Shown here: in pieces, positions 24,142 to 35,746 of the stretch
How the letters are laid out: each line of letters opens with the position of its first letter
Position numbering within the stretch: the stretch's first letter is position 1
Assembly: GCA_973895155.1 (NCBI GenBank)
Contig: OZ316896.1
Location: 9,621,525 to 9,685,524, forward strand
DNA from: Marsupella aquatica
Taxonomy: Eukaryota > Plantae > Marchantiophyta
DNA: 64,000 nt
Direction of reading: 5' to 3'
The notes under the pieces: generated by a model
Databases searched by the model: none
Told to the model about the DNA's origin: nothing
What the model saw: the letters and a program-made list of their open reading frames with translations, nothing else
Program-made: the position numbers and the translations under genes

Positions 24142-26714
24142 ATAGTCGTACGGATGTGGATGTACGGTCTCTGGATTTCCAACTTTTTTTTGAGGAGTCA
24201 CTCACGGGCTTGTTGGAAAAAGCTCGCGGAGCTGATTCCAACAAGAGGCGTCGCTCCTCAAACGGAGCCAGGATGAGCAAGTTATGGCCCGACGAAATTG
24301 TGTTTTCGCGATACGGAAACGACCATAACTCAGGCGTCCGATGTCCGTTGCGAGTGCGGCTGAGTGATTCGGGATCAGGAGGAGAAGGGCTATCCAAGGG
24401 TGAGCTCAAAAGTACAGTTGATAGGGCACCTAGTTTCAGCCATTGTGGGGTGCCTTGCAATTTCAGGGTTCACGGAGTACAGTTGGGGCGCCGTCGAAGG
24501 CACCGTCGGCCCCTTGTTTAGGGTTTAGGGTTTTAGCAGCATGTGTGTGCCGCATGCCTTTTTAGTTTAGGGATTTCTTAGTGCAGGGTTTTAGCGGCGC
24601 CGCTAGGGTAGCCGCCATCGTTGTGACCCCATGAGGGGTGCTTTGGTGTGGTTTTTTCGGTATTTAGGGGGAGAGCCCCGGAGTAGTGAGGGGGGAACTC
24701 AGCATAGTACTTCGATGCTTTGGAGTAGCTTTTGTGAGTAGCGCACCGATTAGGAGAAGTTCAAGCCAGAGTAGTGAGGTGGAGAACGTAGCACTTGTCC
24801 CCGGGAGGCAGGAGTTGGGCAGACGGTAGGAGGCCGGGTTGTCCTTGCATGTGTTACGGGAAACACCAAGGGATATGGATTTGGCTTGAGGTTCCAATAT
24901 TTTGTGTGTCACTTGTTGTTGCTTGTGTTGTTTGTTTTCCTCCCCTAGTGCGTGTGGTCGGTGTCATTGTGGAAACATTTGCCCTTGTCACTAGTGTTCA
25001 AATCTTATTGTAAATGTTGGTATGCTTGCCCAAGAGAGGAGGGGGGTGGTGACAGCACTCACCCGGTGGGCATGAGTTGTAGATGGTAGGACCGGTCCCT
25101 TGGACTTGATCAAAAACGGAGAGACCAGTCGGTAGACTTGATCAAAAAGTACACTTCCGGGAGCGGAATCAAACATACTCATCCTTAGGTGTGGAAATCC
25201 TCCAAATAGCGTCCCTCCACGACCTCGTAATACGATACCAACGGTTTAAGCAAGAAAAAGTACGGTTTGCACGTATTAATCGTTGGATAGGCAAGTGACA
25301 ATTTAATAGATTTTCAAAACTATTAAATAAACATATTTAACGTATAAGTTGGTATTCTAATAACAAAAAATTCATTATTGTAAATATATGTATAATGTTT
25401 TGGTTTGTGCACATGTAGATTTGGGGTTGATTTTGGGCTGTCAAAGCTATTTTAGGTTAAGAGATGATTCAATCTCCCTAACCTGAGCTCCAGTCTTTCT
25501 AATTTTAATTGCATAAGGAACTTAGCCACCTGGAGTTCAGTAACAAATGTTTGTAAGGAGACATTGCTGAAATTGTTTCTCACCATAATTCAGAGATAAC
25601 ACCTTTCCGCCTAGAGAAGAGATCAAGATGGAGACAGAAGCTTCACCTGTAGTCAAGAGCATTTTATGTTCAATTCCAGGCATGAGTCTTATTTCATCCT
25701 GAGTAATCGTGAAGAGAAAGGGTGCCTAATGATTAGCTAAGGCCGCAAACCATTCATCAGCTTCAGTCGACTATGGAGACTAAAATGAGACAAGGCAATG
25801 CCTTACAATTGTGGATGGACTACAAGATATTATGAACTTACATCAATTGGCTGTTGGTGCACACAGCTTACAGGTCACTTATACACAGAACCATGGTGTG
25901 TGTTATCTCAGAAAGTGAATTTCAGTGCAGTCCATGGGGGTTGGGCTCATCCACGGAAGCATTTTGTCCACCTTCATGGTCCATCCAAGCTTCACACACT
26001 ATGCTTGCATTGTTTCTAACTATATTATCTATAACATATGTGTAAACAGAAAACACCCTTTTCTGTGGCATTCGGACTCAAGTAAATATTTTTTGGGCTA
26101 TAGTGTTAGGAATTTAATTCAGTCCGCATTTCCCACGTTAGTCCACTTATTTTCCAACATTTTTGGGAGGTCAGATTCTGGTACTGGTCACCAATATTTT
26201 CCAATTATTTATTAATAGCGCCCTCCAGATTACAGCTAAAAGTACCATACCCTTTCTTGGTCTGGCAGTCGCTTGTTGTCCTGTTGGTAGGTATGGAAAA
26301 TTTACTTTACCTGCATTGACGCATTGACCTAGTCACAATCATGAGTCACAAGCTGAAAGCCAATCTGGAGCTGCCTTAATTAACATTAGGCGTTATAATT
26401 ATGGATGGACAACCTGAATGAGACTGTAGAAACTAGAAAAGGTTTGGGAACTCAAATCATTGCTACGGACGGTACTTGGGAATGGAGGTGGGGCCAGAGA
26501 TGATTCCTCTGAGATTTAAACCTGTGGGAACCTTTTAATATGTTCCCACTCCTCGAGGAAAGGAGTGCTGGTTTGTGCAATTCCAACTCACCATCCTTTC
26601 AGCCTTTTTTGGAGAACTGTGAGAACGCTGACCTATAGGTCATAATGCACTCGACATGCAGCCCTTAGTTTTATTCCTTAAAAAAACTTCATGTACATAC
26701 ATCTTATAAAAATA

Positions 26715-27130
26715 ACCTTTTCGGAAATAAGGCACCAATAATTGGCCCCATGGAATTCTGGAGCAAGTGTATAGAATTTCGGACTTCCTGTAGAAACTGT
26801 AGTCTGTGGTTTGAGGAGCTCAAGCCCATGCGTGCTCCTTCGTCTTGTTAGAAGGATTTGAAAGCTGGTTAAAAAAGATTTTGAAGCTTCAATTTTGTGA
26901 CTCCCATATATTTCATAAAAAGGACCTTTTCCTGACATAAGGCACCAATAATTAGCCTCACTAGAGTAACCCCATGAAATTCTGGAGCAAGGGTATGGAA
27001 TTTCCCAATTCCTGTACAAACTGGAGTCTGTGGCGTAGAGGGGCTCAAGGTCATGCATGCTCTAGTTTTGTTAGAAGGATTTGAAAGCTGGTTAAAAAAG
27101 ATTTTGAATCTGCATTTTGTGACTCCCAAA
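26715..27130. repeat. ~210-bp diverged tandem duplication
   Basis: ataaggcaccaataatt..attctggagcaag..gttagaaggatttgaaagctggttaaaaaagattttgaa..ttttgtgactccca occurs twice. Confidence 0.85.
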
Positions 27131-27931
27131 GAACAAAATGCGCCAAAAGCCCATCTGTAACTAAGCTTTGAGAATTGATCTCCTTTACTTTGGGATCCTG
27201 TCCCCCATGTTGGCGCCACAAACAAATGACCCTAGCTTTTTCACAAGGTTCTGTGATTTTTTTTCAGTAACCTACATAATGATTTATGGTGATGGCATAT
27301 GACCAATCTTTATGGCAATAAGTTGTGTATTATGAATTTGGTAGTCCATTTTTCTCCCTAACCTCATCTAAGGTCCATCAAAATTTTGAGGTTTGACACA
27401 CCCTAATTAAGGTGAGGAAAGAATGGTGAAACCCAAAGAAGACAAGAGTCAAAGCACTCAAGAGTTTACTAGAAGAGTCCTCCAACTAGCTGCAACCTGA
27501 AAAAGCCTGGTAAAGTTCCAAGGTAATCACAATGGAGGGTCACTCAGAAGAATTTGTCTAGAGACCCTACAACTAACCCCTGAGCCTTACAAGCCTAGAG
27601 AATGTCTCACCTCTTTGTAGTGAGACACTCACCTCTTTGTAGTGAGACAGACACCACAATTCCTTCAACCAAAAGGGCTATTCCAGCTTTTTTTATGAAG
27701 TGATCAAAAACTGGTTCAAGGCCTGAGGCTGTGGTGGGAAATGGATCTGGCCTCATTTACTTTAGAGCCTGAACTTCTACCACACTGACCCTTCTGAAAA
27801 GTGCAATTGATAGAAGCAAAAGAAACAAATCTTTCATCTCTCATGCTGATGAGCTTGGTTTTGCCTGGTCTTCTGCCATTCACAACTATTGTGCTCCTTA
27901 TGAGGATCCCCCATGGCCAGACTGTTACTTA

Positions 27932-28321
27932 GGTTGGCTTTACTAGGGCAGCAGGTACCTTTTTTTTATGTGTGAGATGCAATCCTAACCATTCATATGT
28001 AGGAACAGGCCACACTGCACTTTACATGAACTTGGGAGCACAATATGCAAATAAGCACTGAGTCATCTGTCACTGGGCCGGGCTCCTTGTGGGTCCCCTT
28101 TTTTCCTGATATGTATAAGCTTTTTTTGCCAAAAACTCATTAGACCTACTCTTGAGGTGGTCTAAAAAAATGGAGCAAACTGCAGCTTGTTCTCAGGGAA
28201 TTACATTTATTGTTTCCAGACCTGACACATTGGGGCTTAGGCATTTAACTTTAGTAGAAATCACCATCAACTTTGCTTTGGATGGACAAACATTGACAGC
28301 CCCCCTTCGTGTAAAGGCCCC
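27932..28321. mobile_element. Tourist/PIF-Harbinger-like MITE
   Basis: TTA duplicated at 27929-27931 and 28322-28324, with degenerate TIRs (ggttggctttac / gtaaaggcccc). The paralogous site at ~13063-13087 (cagactgttactgaggaacccc) lacks the insert. Confidence 0.65.
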
Positions 28322-29791
28322 TTAGAAAACCCCAGGATTCCTCAATCCATTATTCACAGGTTCTGGTAAGAAGAGGCATCGGTCCAAAGCGGGTCTACGG
28401 CAAATTAGTCATGGCAGAACTGTTTGCAGTACAACTACGGCACTGTATTTCCCATTCCAGTCAATGGAGGATTCATGGTGATGCATTGAAAATCTCATGC
28501 AGGTGTTTTCAATGCAGGTGTAAACTATCTGCAGTAGCATATCCTTCGCTCATATCCTTCGCACAGTACCTTGCTTCGCAATTGAGAATTCTTGAGAAGC
28601 ATCCCCGTGTTTCTTGACCATCTATGAAGGTATGGACCTTAGTAAGCAATTCAATGGGAGTGAAAGTTCTGGAAAAAAACCTGTCCCTCTCTGAATGTGC
28701 GCGTTTCTAATATTTTTACTCGCGGATTTCCTGTTGTTCGATTAGGAAGCTGTGGTACGCGCATATACAGCAAGCAGCTGGCAATGTATCCGTCAGTTTG
28801 TACGAAAAACAGGCATTGCCTTGGGGTTTTCTTGGAGCTGACGCTATTCTGGGCTTTGGCTTTGACAGGTTGGAGAAATTTATGATTAGATGGGAGCAAG
28901 AGATGCGAGCAAGAGGATGAAGTTGAGACGAATTTTGGAGAGGGATGTCGGGTGGATAAGGCCCGGAAATTTTGAATCCATGATTGGGTTCGTGGCGTGC
29001 CTTGATTCTTCGTTGGTGTGCAGCTGGATTCAGCACTGCTCGGAATCGTACATTTGCAATCGACGCGTCCCGACGCCTCATTGATAAGTTTCCTGATTCA
29101 GCGGCAGTGCACATTTAATAGGTTGTACACATCTTTGCCAGATTATCTGCCGTCATGCGTACCATTTGACAAGGATTTGTACAATCTAATTTACAATCTA
29201 AAAGGTTGTACATTCTTTCTGGCGCTCCGTGGGCCAACAATTGGTATGAATTCCGTAGTTGGTATTCAGAGTCTTGAAAGGTCCTTGTCCAACCAGCGAA
29301 AGATTGACCTCTTGAAAGGTCCTTGTCCAACCTGCGAAAGATTGACCAGCAAGCAATCGAGGAGGTTCTCAAATTTCAATGTCACCGTTGGACTACAAAA
29401 TTAGTCGCTTTCCTCTACTAAATTTCTCGAAGATTGTCGTTGAGTAGTACTGTAATGGTGCCCTTACCTTCCATACTAAAGGGCCCCCATCAGAGCACAG
29501 ACGATTGTAAATGGCCGAACATCGCAGACTCCAGAGCAGCGAAGAGCAGCCTAATTGAAGCAGCGATGTGCTCAGCAGATGAGCGAAGAGCAGCCTAATT
29601 GAACCAGCGATGTGCACAGCAGATGATCGAGCACCCATGCGGAGATTAGGTCAGAAAGGGAGGTGAAGACGGTGCACAGCAGCGAAGGAAGGTGATAGGC
29701 GTGGGCAGGAACGAAGGTGAGAGACGGTGGGCTGGAATCGAGGGCACGAACAGAGTGCCGGAGAGGAGACCTGAGTTGCAACTTGAGCACA

Positions 29792-31144
29792 ATGGCTCTA
29801 CCAATCGACACTCGCGTCACTGAGAGACGTCGAACAGTAGAAGAGTATTGCCTTGAGCAATCACTTCTTGAGAGCTGTCAAAGACTAAAGTCGTATTGCG
29901 GTGAGCAACGACTTCTTCCAAGGATCGACGACTACATCACCTTGAACCTGATTGCTCCCAAGTTATCGTGGGGAGTCTGTCGTCGCTTGGCATCACTAAA
30001 TCGTGGCTGGCGTCATGCATTTCGAAGTGGAGCGGTGCACCATGCAAGAGTTCAGAGTCACTCAACCGAGACACTCCTTCTCCTCAGCTACACCCCTACC
30101 AAACATTCAAGAATCCTCACTCTCCTTTCCGTGAAAGAAAACCGGTGTTATAAACTCCCCCCGTTCCCGTATCTTGATGGAAGAATACCAGCGACGTTCA
30201 AATGCATACCGTTAGACGGGAAAATTTATGTCTTGGGAGGAGAGTTCTTGACTGACGATCCTGAGGAAGTATCTTACAGCAACGGAGTATACTTGCTGGA
30301 CATTGCTAGGGGAAGCCAGTGGAAACGATGTGCGCAGATGATAGAAACGAGAGCCGACTTTGGATGTGGTGTCTTCAACGGCAAGATTTACGTCTTTGGT
30401 GGTTTGGGTAGGACGGCTGTCTGCGAATCAGAGGTTTATGACCCTGAGAACGATACTTGGTCTCCCATCAAGGCCATGACAAGCTTGCGATTTGATCATC
30501 GCGTAGAGACTGTGGGAGCCGAGCTCATAGTGCACGGTGGAAAAGCTGTTGACCGAACATTCCGGGCATGGGAAGGCTGGACACGTTATCATTCCCGGAA
30601 GAATTCTATAATATCCGAACCTATGGTTCTGGCAGACAGCTTATTCGATTTCAAACGTGAAGCTGCGTCCTCAATTCGGGCGGTTCGACGCGGCGCTAGA
30701 ACGATGACGTCGAATTCGTTGGAGATTTATAATGTGGACAACGATGAGTGGACTCCGAGGGAAGGGCCGCGTTCCCTGCCCGGTGTTACCTTCATGGCAA
30801 ATGGAAAGTTTCATTCCTTGAGTGCGAAGGAGATTCATGTCCATGACAGTGAAACAAATTCGTGGACACGCCTGCATTCACATTCGTTTATTGCGACGGG
30901 ACTCGTGAATTCCGAGCTAGTATTCGGGAAAACTGCAGTTGTTGTGGACGACAGGCTTTTGGCAATCGTAGAAGGGACTGACCGCGTCGGAAAGAAAAGA
31001 GTCCACAAAGCATGTCTTCTCCAAAGCAAAGGCCTTGGAAGCTCCAACGAAACGATTACATGGGAAAGAACACCATTTACATATTGTTTTGAAGCGACGG
31101 ACATAGGTTTTACAAATTACTCCATGCACCTTATTCAACTTTGA
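29792..31144 (+). CDS. F-box/kelch-repeat protein (intronless CDS)
   Basis: F-box-like LLPRIDDYITLNLIAPKL..LASLNRGWR and kelch repeats GKIYVLGG, QWKRCAQM..R..FGC, GKIYVFGG, EVYDPENDTWSPI. First ATG is at 29792. Confidence 0.9.
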   Translation: MALPIDTRVTERRRTVEEYCLEQSLLESCQRLKSYCGEQRLLPRIDDYITLNLIAPKLSWGVCRRLASLNRGWRHAFRSGAVHHARVQSHSTETLLLLSYTPTKHSRILTLLSVKENRCYKLPPFPYLDGRIPATFKCIPLDGKIYVLGGEFLTDDPEEVSYSNGVYLLDIARGSQWKRCAQMIETRADFGCGVFNGKIYVFGGLGRTAVCESEVYDPENDTWSPIKAMTSLRFDHRVETVGAELIVHGGKAVDRTFRAWEGWTRYHSRKNSIISEPMVLADSLFDFKREAASSIRAVRRGARTMTSNSLEIYNVDNDEWTPREGPRSLPGVTFMANGKFHSLSAKEIHVHDSETNSWTRLHSHSFIATGLVNSELVFGKTAVVVDDRLLAIVEGTDRVGKKRVHKACLLQSKGLGSSNETITWERTPFTYCFEATDIGFTNYSMHLIQL

Positions 31145-31667
31145 AGATCTCTTAGATGGAATGGGATAGGAGGTCATAGAGGAACGCGTTGTCGCCGTCC
31201 CTAAAGTGGAGGTCCAGGTACCAATTGAAAACGTGGTGGAGCACGAGGTAGCAGATTGAGGAGGAAGTATAGTCATGTCACTTCCGCTCACGTAGAGAAT
31301 CAGCTTGGTGGGTGATATATAGTCCTTTGTGGTGAGTTTAGAAGATTTGTCCCTGTTCTAGCAAGAGGGAGTTGTCCAAAACAATGCCCAAGGGCATCAT
31401 GATAGACTGAAAATTGGAGTTGCTGTAAGGTAAAGTCCTCCCAAGAGGGAGTTGTCCAAAATAAATGCCTAAGTGCTGCATGATAAATGAAAACCCGAGT
31501 TTTGTTCTTCATTGACGTAACTCTGTAACTTGACCAGTCCACATACACAGGCTATTTCTGGCCTACGATGGCCGAGAAGTGCACCGGGCAACCTGCTTTC
31601 ATGGATGGTCACACTGAGACATCTACGAAAGCAGGTCCACCCATTGGGTGGCGACACCATTCTGAGG

Positions 31668-33130
31668 TAGCCTTCGTTTCTGCCACTGGCACCGATGATC
31701 TTCCATCTCCCTGCCGCCAATGGTCATCTGCGATTGTGCTTGCTTTTAAGCTCAATATCTTCGCCTTCTCGTGCTTGATCTTCTCTATGCAATATATACT
31801 TATTTTATCAATCATGGACATTCTCATTTCCGCACAATATACTTATTTTATCAATCATGGACTTTCTCATTTCCTGTGCACCTACAAGAAGTAAAGAGTA
31901 TCTTCTCTGTGGAGTTCTTTGATTGTCAGTGACGGAACTGCTGGTTTCCCTCATCTATCGGAATTAGGGACAATTCCTTTCAGTGTCGGTTTAGTTGCTG
32001 GTTTAAGGTAACTCGCTGGGAGGATGGAGAATGTAAGGCAATTTCTTTCACTGTCGGTTTAGTTGCTGGGTTTAAGGTAACTTGCTGGCAGGATGGAGAA
32101 TGTAAGGCAATTTCTTTCACTGTCGGTTTAGTGTTTAAGGTAAACTCGCTGGAGGATGGAGAATATAAGGTCCAGTAGACTCTGCTGGAACAAATCTCCA
32201 GCTAAACGCGTTTCCCAACCTCAATACTGAGAAAGAACTCCGCCCAGAAAATATCGCAGCAAGCACCGTTCATTCCCTCCCAAATCCTCTCCACCTTCAC
32301 CCCAACCCAAAAACTCCTCTCATCCCGCTCATTCGACCTCCGCAAACATTCCAACACTGACCCATATAACAAATGCCCTCCAATCCAGCCCACGACATGA
32401 AATTCACCATTCATTCCCTCCCAAACAGAAGACGACCCAGCCCACAACATGAACACTCCCACCATAGCCTTCGTCTCTGCCACTGGCACCGAGGGTCTTT
32501 CATCTCCATGCCGCCCATGGTCATCTGCCATTGTGCTTGTTTTAAAGCTCAATATCTTCGCCTTGTCGTGCTTGATCTCAATATCTTCGCCTTGTCGTGC
32601 TTGATCTTCTCGGTGCACTGTTATACTGAAATTGTCAATCATGGACATTATAATTTCCTGACATCTACACGAAGTGATCTGTGCAGTTCTTTGATTTCCA
32701 GTCACGTGCTCTTTTCCCTCACATCTATCAGAAGTAGCGACAATTTATTTCCCTGTCGGTTTGGTTGCTCGGTTGAAGGTAAACGCGCTGGGGAGGACGA
32801 AGAATGTAAGAGGTTCAGTAGACCCTGTTAAAACAATCTGTAGCTAAACTCGCTGAAACTTTTCGCAACCTCAATTCTGAGAAAGATCTTCCGCCCAGAA
32901 AATATCCCAACAGCAGCGATCACCATTCACTAGCTCCCAAATCCCCTCCTCCACCTTCACCTCAACCCAAAAACTCCTCTCCTCCCTCTCATCCGACCTC
33001 TGCAAACATTCCAACCCTGACTCAGGTAAGAAAATGCCCTCCAACCCAGCCCAACACATGAACCGCACCATTTATTCCCTCTCAAAGAAAAGACGACCCG
33101 GCACACAATATGAACACCACACCACAGTCG
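31668..33130. repeat. Mosaic local duplication (31668-31790 vs 32466-32610; 32216-32460 vs 32865-33125) containing a ~68-bp x3 tandem at 31975-32170
   Basis: Shared strings tagccttcgt.tctgccactggcacc, ccaccttcacc.caacccaaaaactcctctc and tgtcggtttagt..tttaaggtaa. Confidence 0.8.
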
Positions 33131-34300
33131 CCCAGAAACCGATGACTGAAGAAGTGCCCACCTTACGCAATCATTAATGCTGAGAACGGGGACTTCAAAC
33201 CTTGTTATGACGGGAGCTGCAATTGCGGCAAAATCAAGCACCAACTAAGCAGAGAGAAACCTCTGGACACAAAATTCTGCCTCTGCACACTATGCCAGCG
33301 CCTGCGTGGAGCGCCATTCCAGTGGGCCGCCATGGTCCACAAGAATTTCAATTTCGCGTCACGGTTTGAAGTGGTAGCACATTCACACACAGTCTCCCCA
33401 CATAGATGTCCGACAGAAATGACGCTCCAACGGCCCAAACACGAAGTCAAGGATCCATCAAGGAACTTAAACAGAGATCTCGAGCCAGTTTTGAATCAGC
33501 AAGAAGTTTCAGCTTAGCAGGGTACAGGAATTATATGCGAGTCATTGACAAGCGTAGTACAAGGACAATATCGTAAACCAAAAACGTATGAGGCTAGGGA
33601 GCAAAGGAATCAATAGTCAGCAAATATGTGCCAGTATTCAAGACATCTCCAATTCATGTTGATATTTCAGGCAGCTCACACTCAGCACTCAGCAACCACG
33701 TAGGGAACACTGAAGTCTCACATGAGAGCTATAACTTCCTTCTTCTACCCGGGAAAGAGATATGAAGTTCTTGAATAAAAGTGCAAGAAAAAGTCGGTTT
33801 CATTTCTCTTGCCAGACTATATCTAACAGGTCAATCGTCCTAAAGCACGAACACATACGCAATCATCCTGTTGAACCCGATCTTCCGGGCAGCGAGACAG
33901 AGCAACCAACGAATGATCCGCAAGAAAGCCCAGTGTAAAAGAATGAATATAGATGTTGTCAAATCTACAATAGTACCAGATAGGTCACGGATGCTACCTT
34001 ACGACTTGTCTCAGCTAATTGCCTCCGTTCATTTAGACCCCCAACGTTGATTACTGGTCACCTGATGGACCGTCATGCACTACGATATCCATGACAGGCA
34101 TCTACCAGGATTCTGTCCAGCAAGGATCACGGTGGGAGGAACTAACCAGCTCCGTTTAATTTGGTTGTCGAACACGGCCTACATTATATTTCACAAGTCG
34201 CTGCTTTCCGCAACAAAGAATCGTCTCGGAGCTCCTCTAATTTTTAATCGAACTATACAAGACACTACAAAACAATTTAGGACCTGAACAGGCTGTTTAT

Positions 34301-35746
34301 CTAGACAGCTGTGGACAAATCCTTCACCCATGGGTCCAGAGGCTTCCCGATGGTATACACCACAAATCCGATCTTCCGCAATGCCGGGCCATTCAGCACA
34401 TTCCGCCCATCAAAGACAAATGCAGGCTTTTGCATGCTATCGTACACCTTTTGATAATCCAGCTTCTTGAACTCGTCCCACTCCGTGATCACACACAGCC
34501 CATGAGCACCCTTTACTGCCTCATACGGATCCCTCACGACGGTCACCTGCTTGTCTTCTGCGGGGTTAACTTTCTGCAAGTGCTTAGGATGGTCCCAGTC
34601 GAATTTGTTCATCGCCAAATCGCGCCTGATCTGGTCCTCCGTAACCTGAGGATCGTAGATGCTCAGAAGAGCCTTGTCACCCAGAAGCCCATTGCATACA
34701 TCGATAGCCGGAGTCTCTCTGGTATCTCCGGTGTCCTTCTTGAAAGCAAAACCCAAGATGCCGATCTTCTTCCCGGACACGGTGTTGAACATAGATGACA
34801 CCACTCTCTTCACGAACCGGTTCTTCTGATAGTCATTGATGGACACCACCTGTTTCCAGTAGTTCGCCACTTCGATCAGTCCATTGCACTCACAGATGTA
34901 CACCAGATTGAGGATATCCTTCTGGAAGCACGAACCTCCGAAGCCCACGCTGGTCCCCAAAAACTTGGACCCGATTCTGGAGTCCGTGCCGATCGCATAC
35001 GACACTTCTGCCACATCGGCTCCCGTAGCCTCGCAGAGGGCGGACATTGCATTCACCGAGGAGATCCTCTGAGCAAGGAACGCATTGGCAGCGAGCTTGG
35101 AGAGCTCGGCGGACCACAGATTGGTGGTCAGGATGCGGTCCTCGGGCACCCAATGCGCGTACACGGCCTTGAGAGTAGCGACTGCTTTCTGACCCTCGGG
35201 AGTCTCCCGACCTCCGATCAGAACGCGATCGGGCTTGTCGAGATCCGCCATGGCAGTGCCCTCTGCAAGGAACTCGGGGTTGGAGAGGATCTGGAAGCTG
35301 ATCCCCTTGTTGTTGTGCGTCAGGATCTTCTCAATAGCCTCTGCAGTCTTCACAGGCACGGTCGATTTCTCGACCACGATCTTGTCCGACTTCGACACCT
35401 CGGCAATCATGCGCGCTGCGCTCTCCCAGTAGGTCAGATCGGCAGCCTTGCCAGCTCCCAGACCCCGCGTTTTCGTCGGGGTATTGACAGACACAAAGAT
35501 AATGTCCGCTTCCGCAACGAGCTTCTCGACATCAGTTGAGAAGAACAAATTCTTCCCCCTGCACGCCTTGACGATCTCATCGAGCCCAGGCTCGTAGATA
35601 GGCAACTCATCGCTGTTCCACGCTGCAATCCTCGGCTTCGAGATATCCACAACGTGCACGATGATGTTCGGGCACTTCAAGGCGATCATGGCCATTGTCG
35701 GCCCGCCGACGTACCCAGCTCCAATGCAGCATATCGTCACTCCCAT
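34301..35746 (-). CDS. UGD: UDP-glucose 6-dehydrogenase, copy 2 (481 aa, intronless CDS)
   Basis: Same motifs as copy 1 and a near-identical protein. Confidence 0.97.
   Translation of the reverse strand: MGVTICCIGAGYVGGPTMAMIALKCPNIIVHVVDISKPRIAAWNSDELPIYEPGLDEIVKACRGKNLFFSTDVEKLVAEADIIFVSVNTPTKTRGLGAGKAADLTYWESAARMIAEVSKSDKIVVEKSTVPVKTAEAIEKILTHNNKGISFQILSNPEFLAEGTAMADLDKPDRVLIGGRETPEGQKAVATLKAVYAHWVPEDRILTTNLWSAELSKLAANAFLAQRISSVNAMSALCEATGADVAEVSYAIGTDSRIGSKFLGTSVGFGGSCFQKDILNLVYICECNGLIEVANYWKQVVSINDYQKNRFVKRVVSSMFNTVSGKKIGILGFAFKKDTGDTRETPAIDVCNGLLGDKALLSIYDPQVTEDQIRRDLAMNKFDWDHPKHLQKVNPAEDKQVTVVRDPYEAVKGAHGLCVITEWDEFKKLDYQKVYDSMQKPAFVFDGRNVLNGPALRKIGFVVYTIGKPLDPWVKDLSTAV

Larger units (their letters stand above)
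21145..25300 (+). mobile_element. 4.16-kb TSD-flanked TG...CA unit (giant solo-LTR-like, or internally deleted Gypsy-type element) carrying an ORF
   Basis: Termini TGTGAC...GTGACA, TSD ATTTA at 21140-21144 and 25301-25305, and a GC-rich interior against AT-rich flanks. No gag/pol and no paired LTRs seen. Confidence 0.75.

Noticed and set aside
25231-25240. PBS-like TGGTATCG on the minus strand near the end of the 4.2-kb element
   Set aside because: Only 7 nt match tRNA-iMet and there is no adjacent paired LTR.
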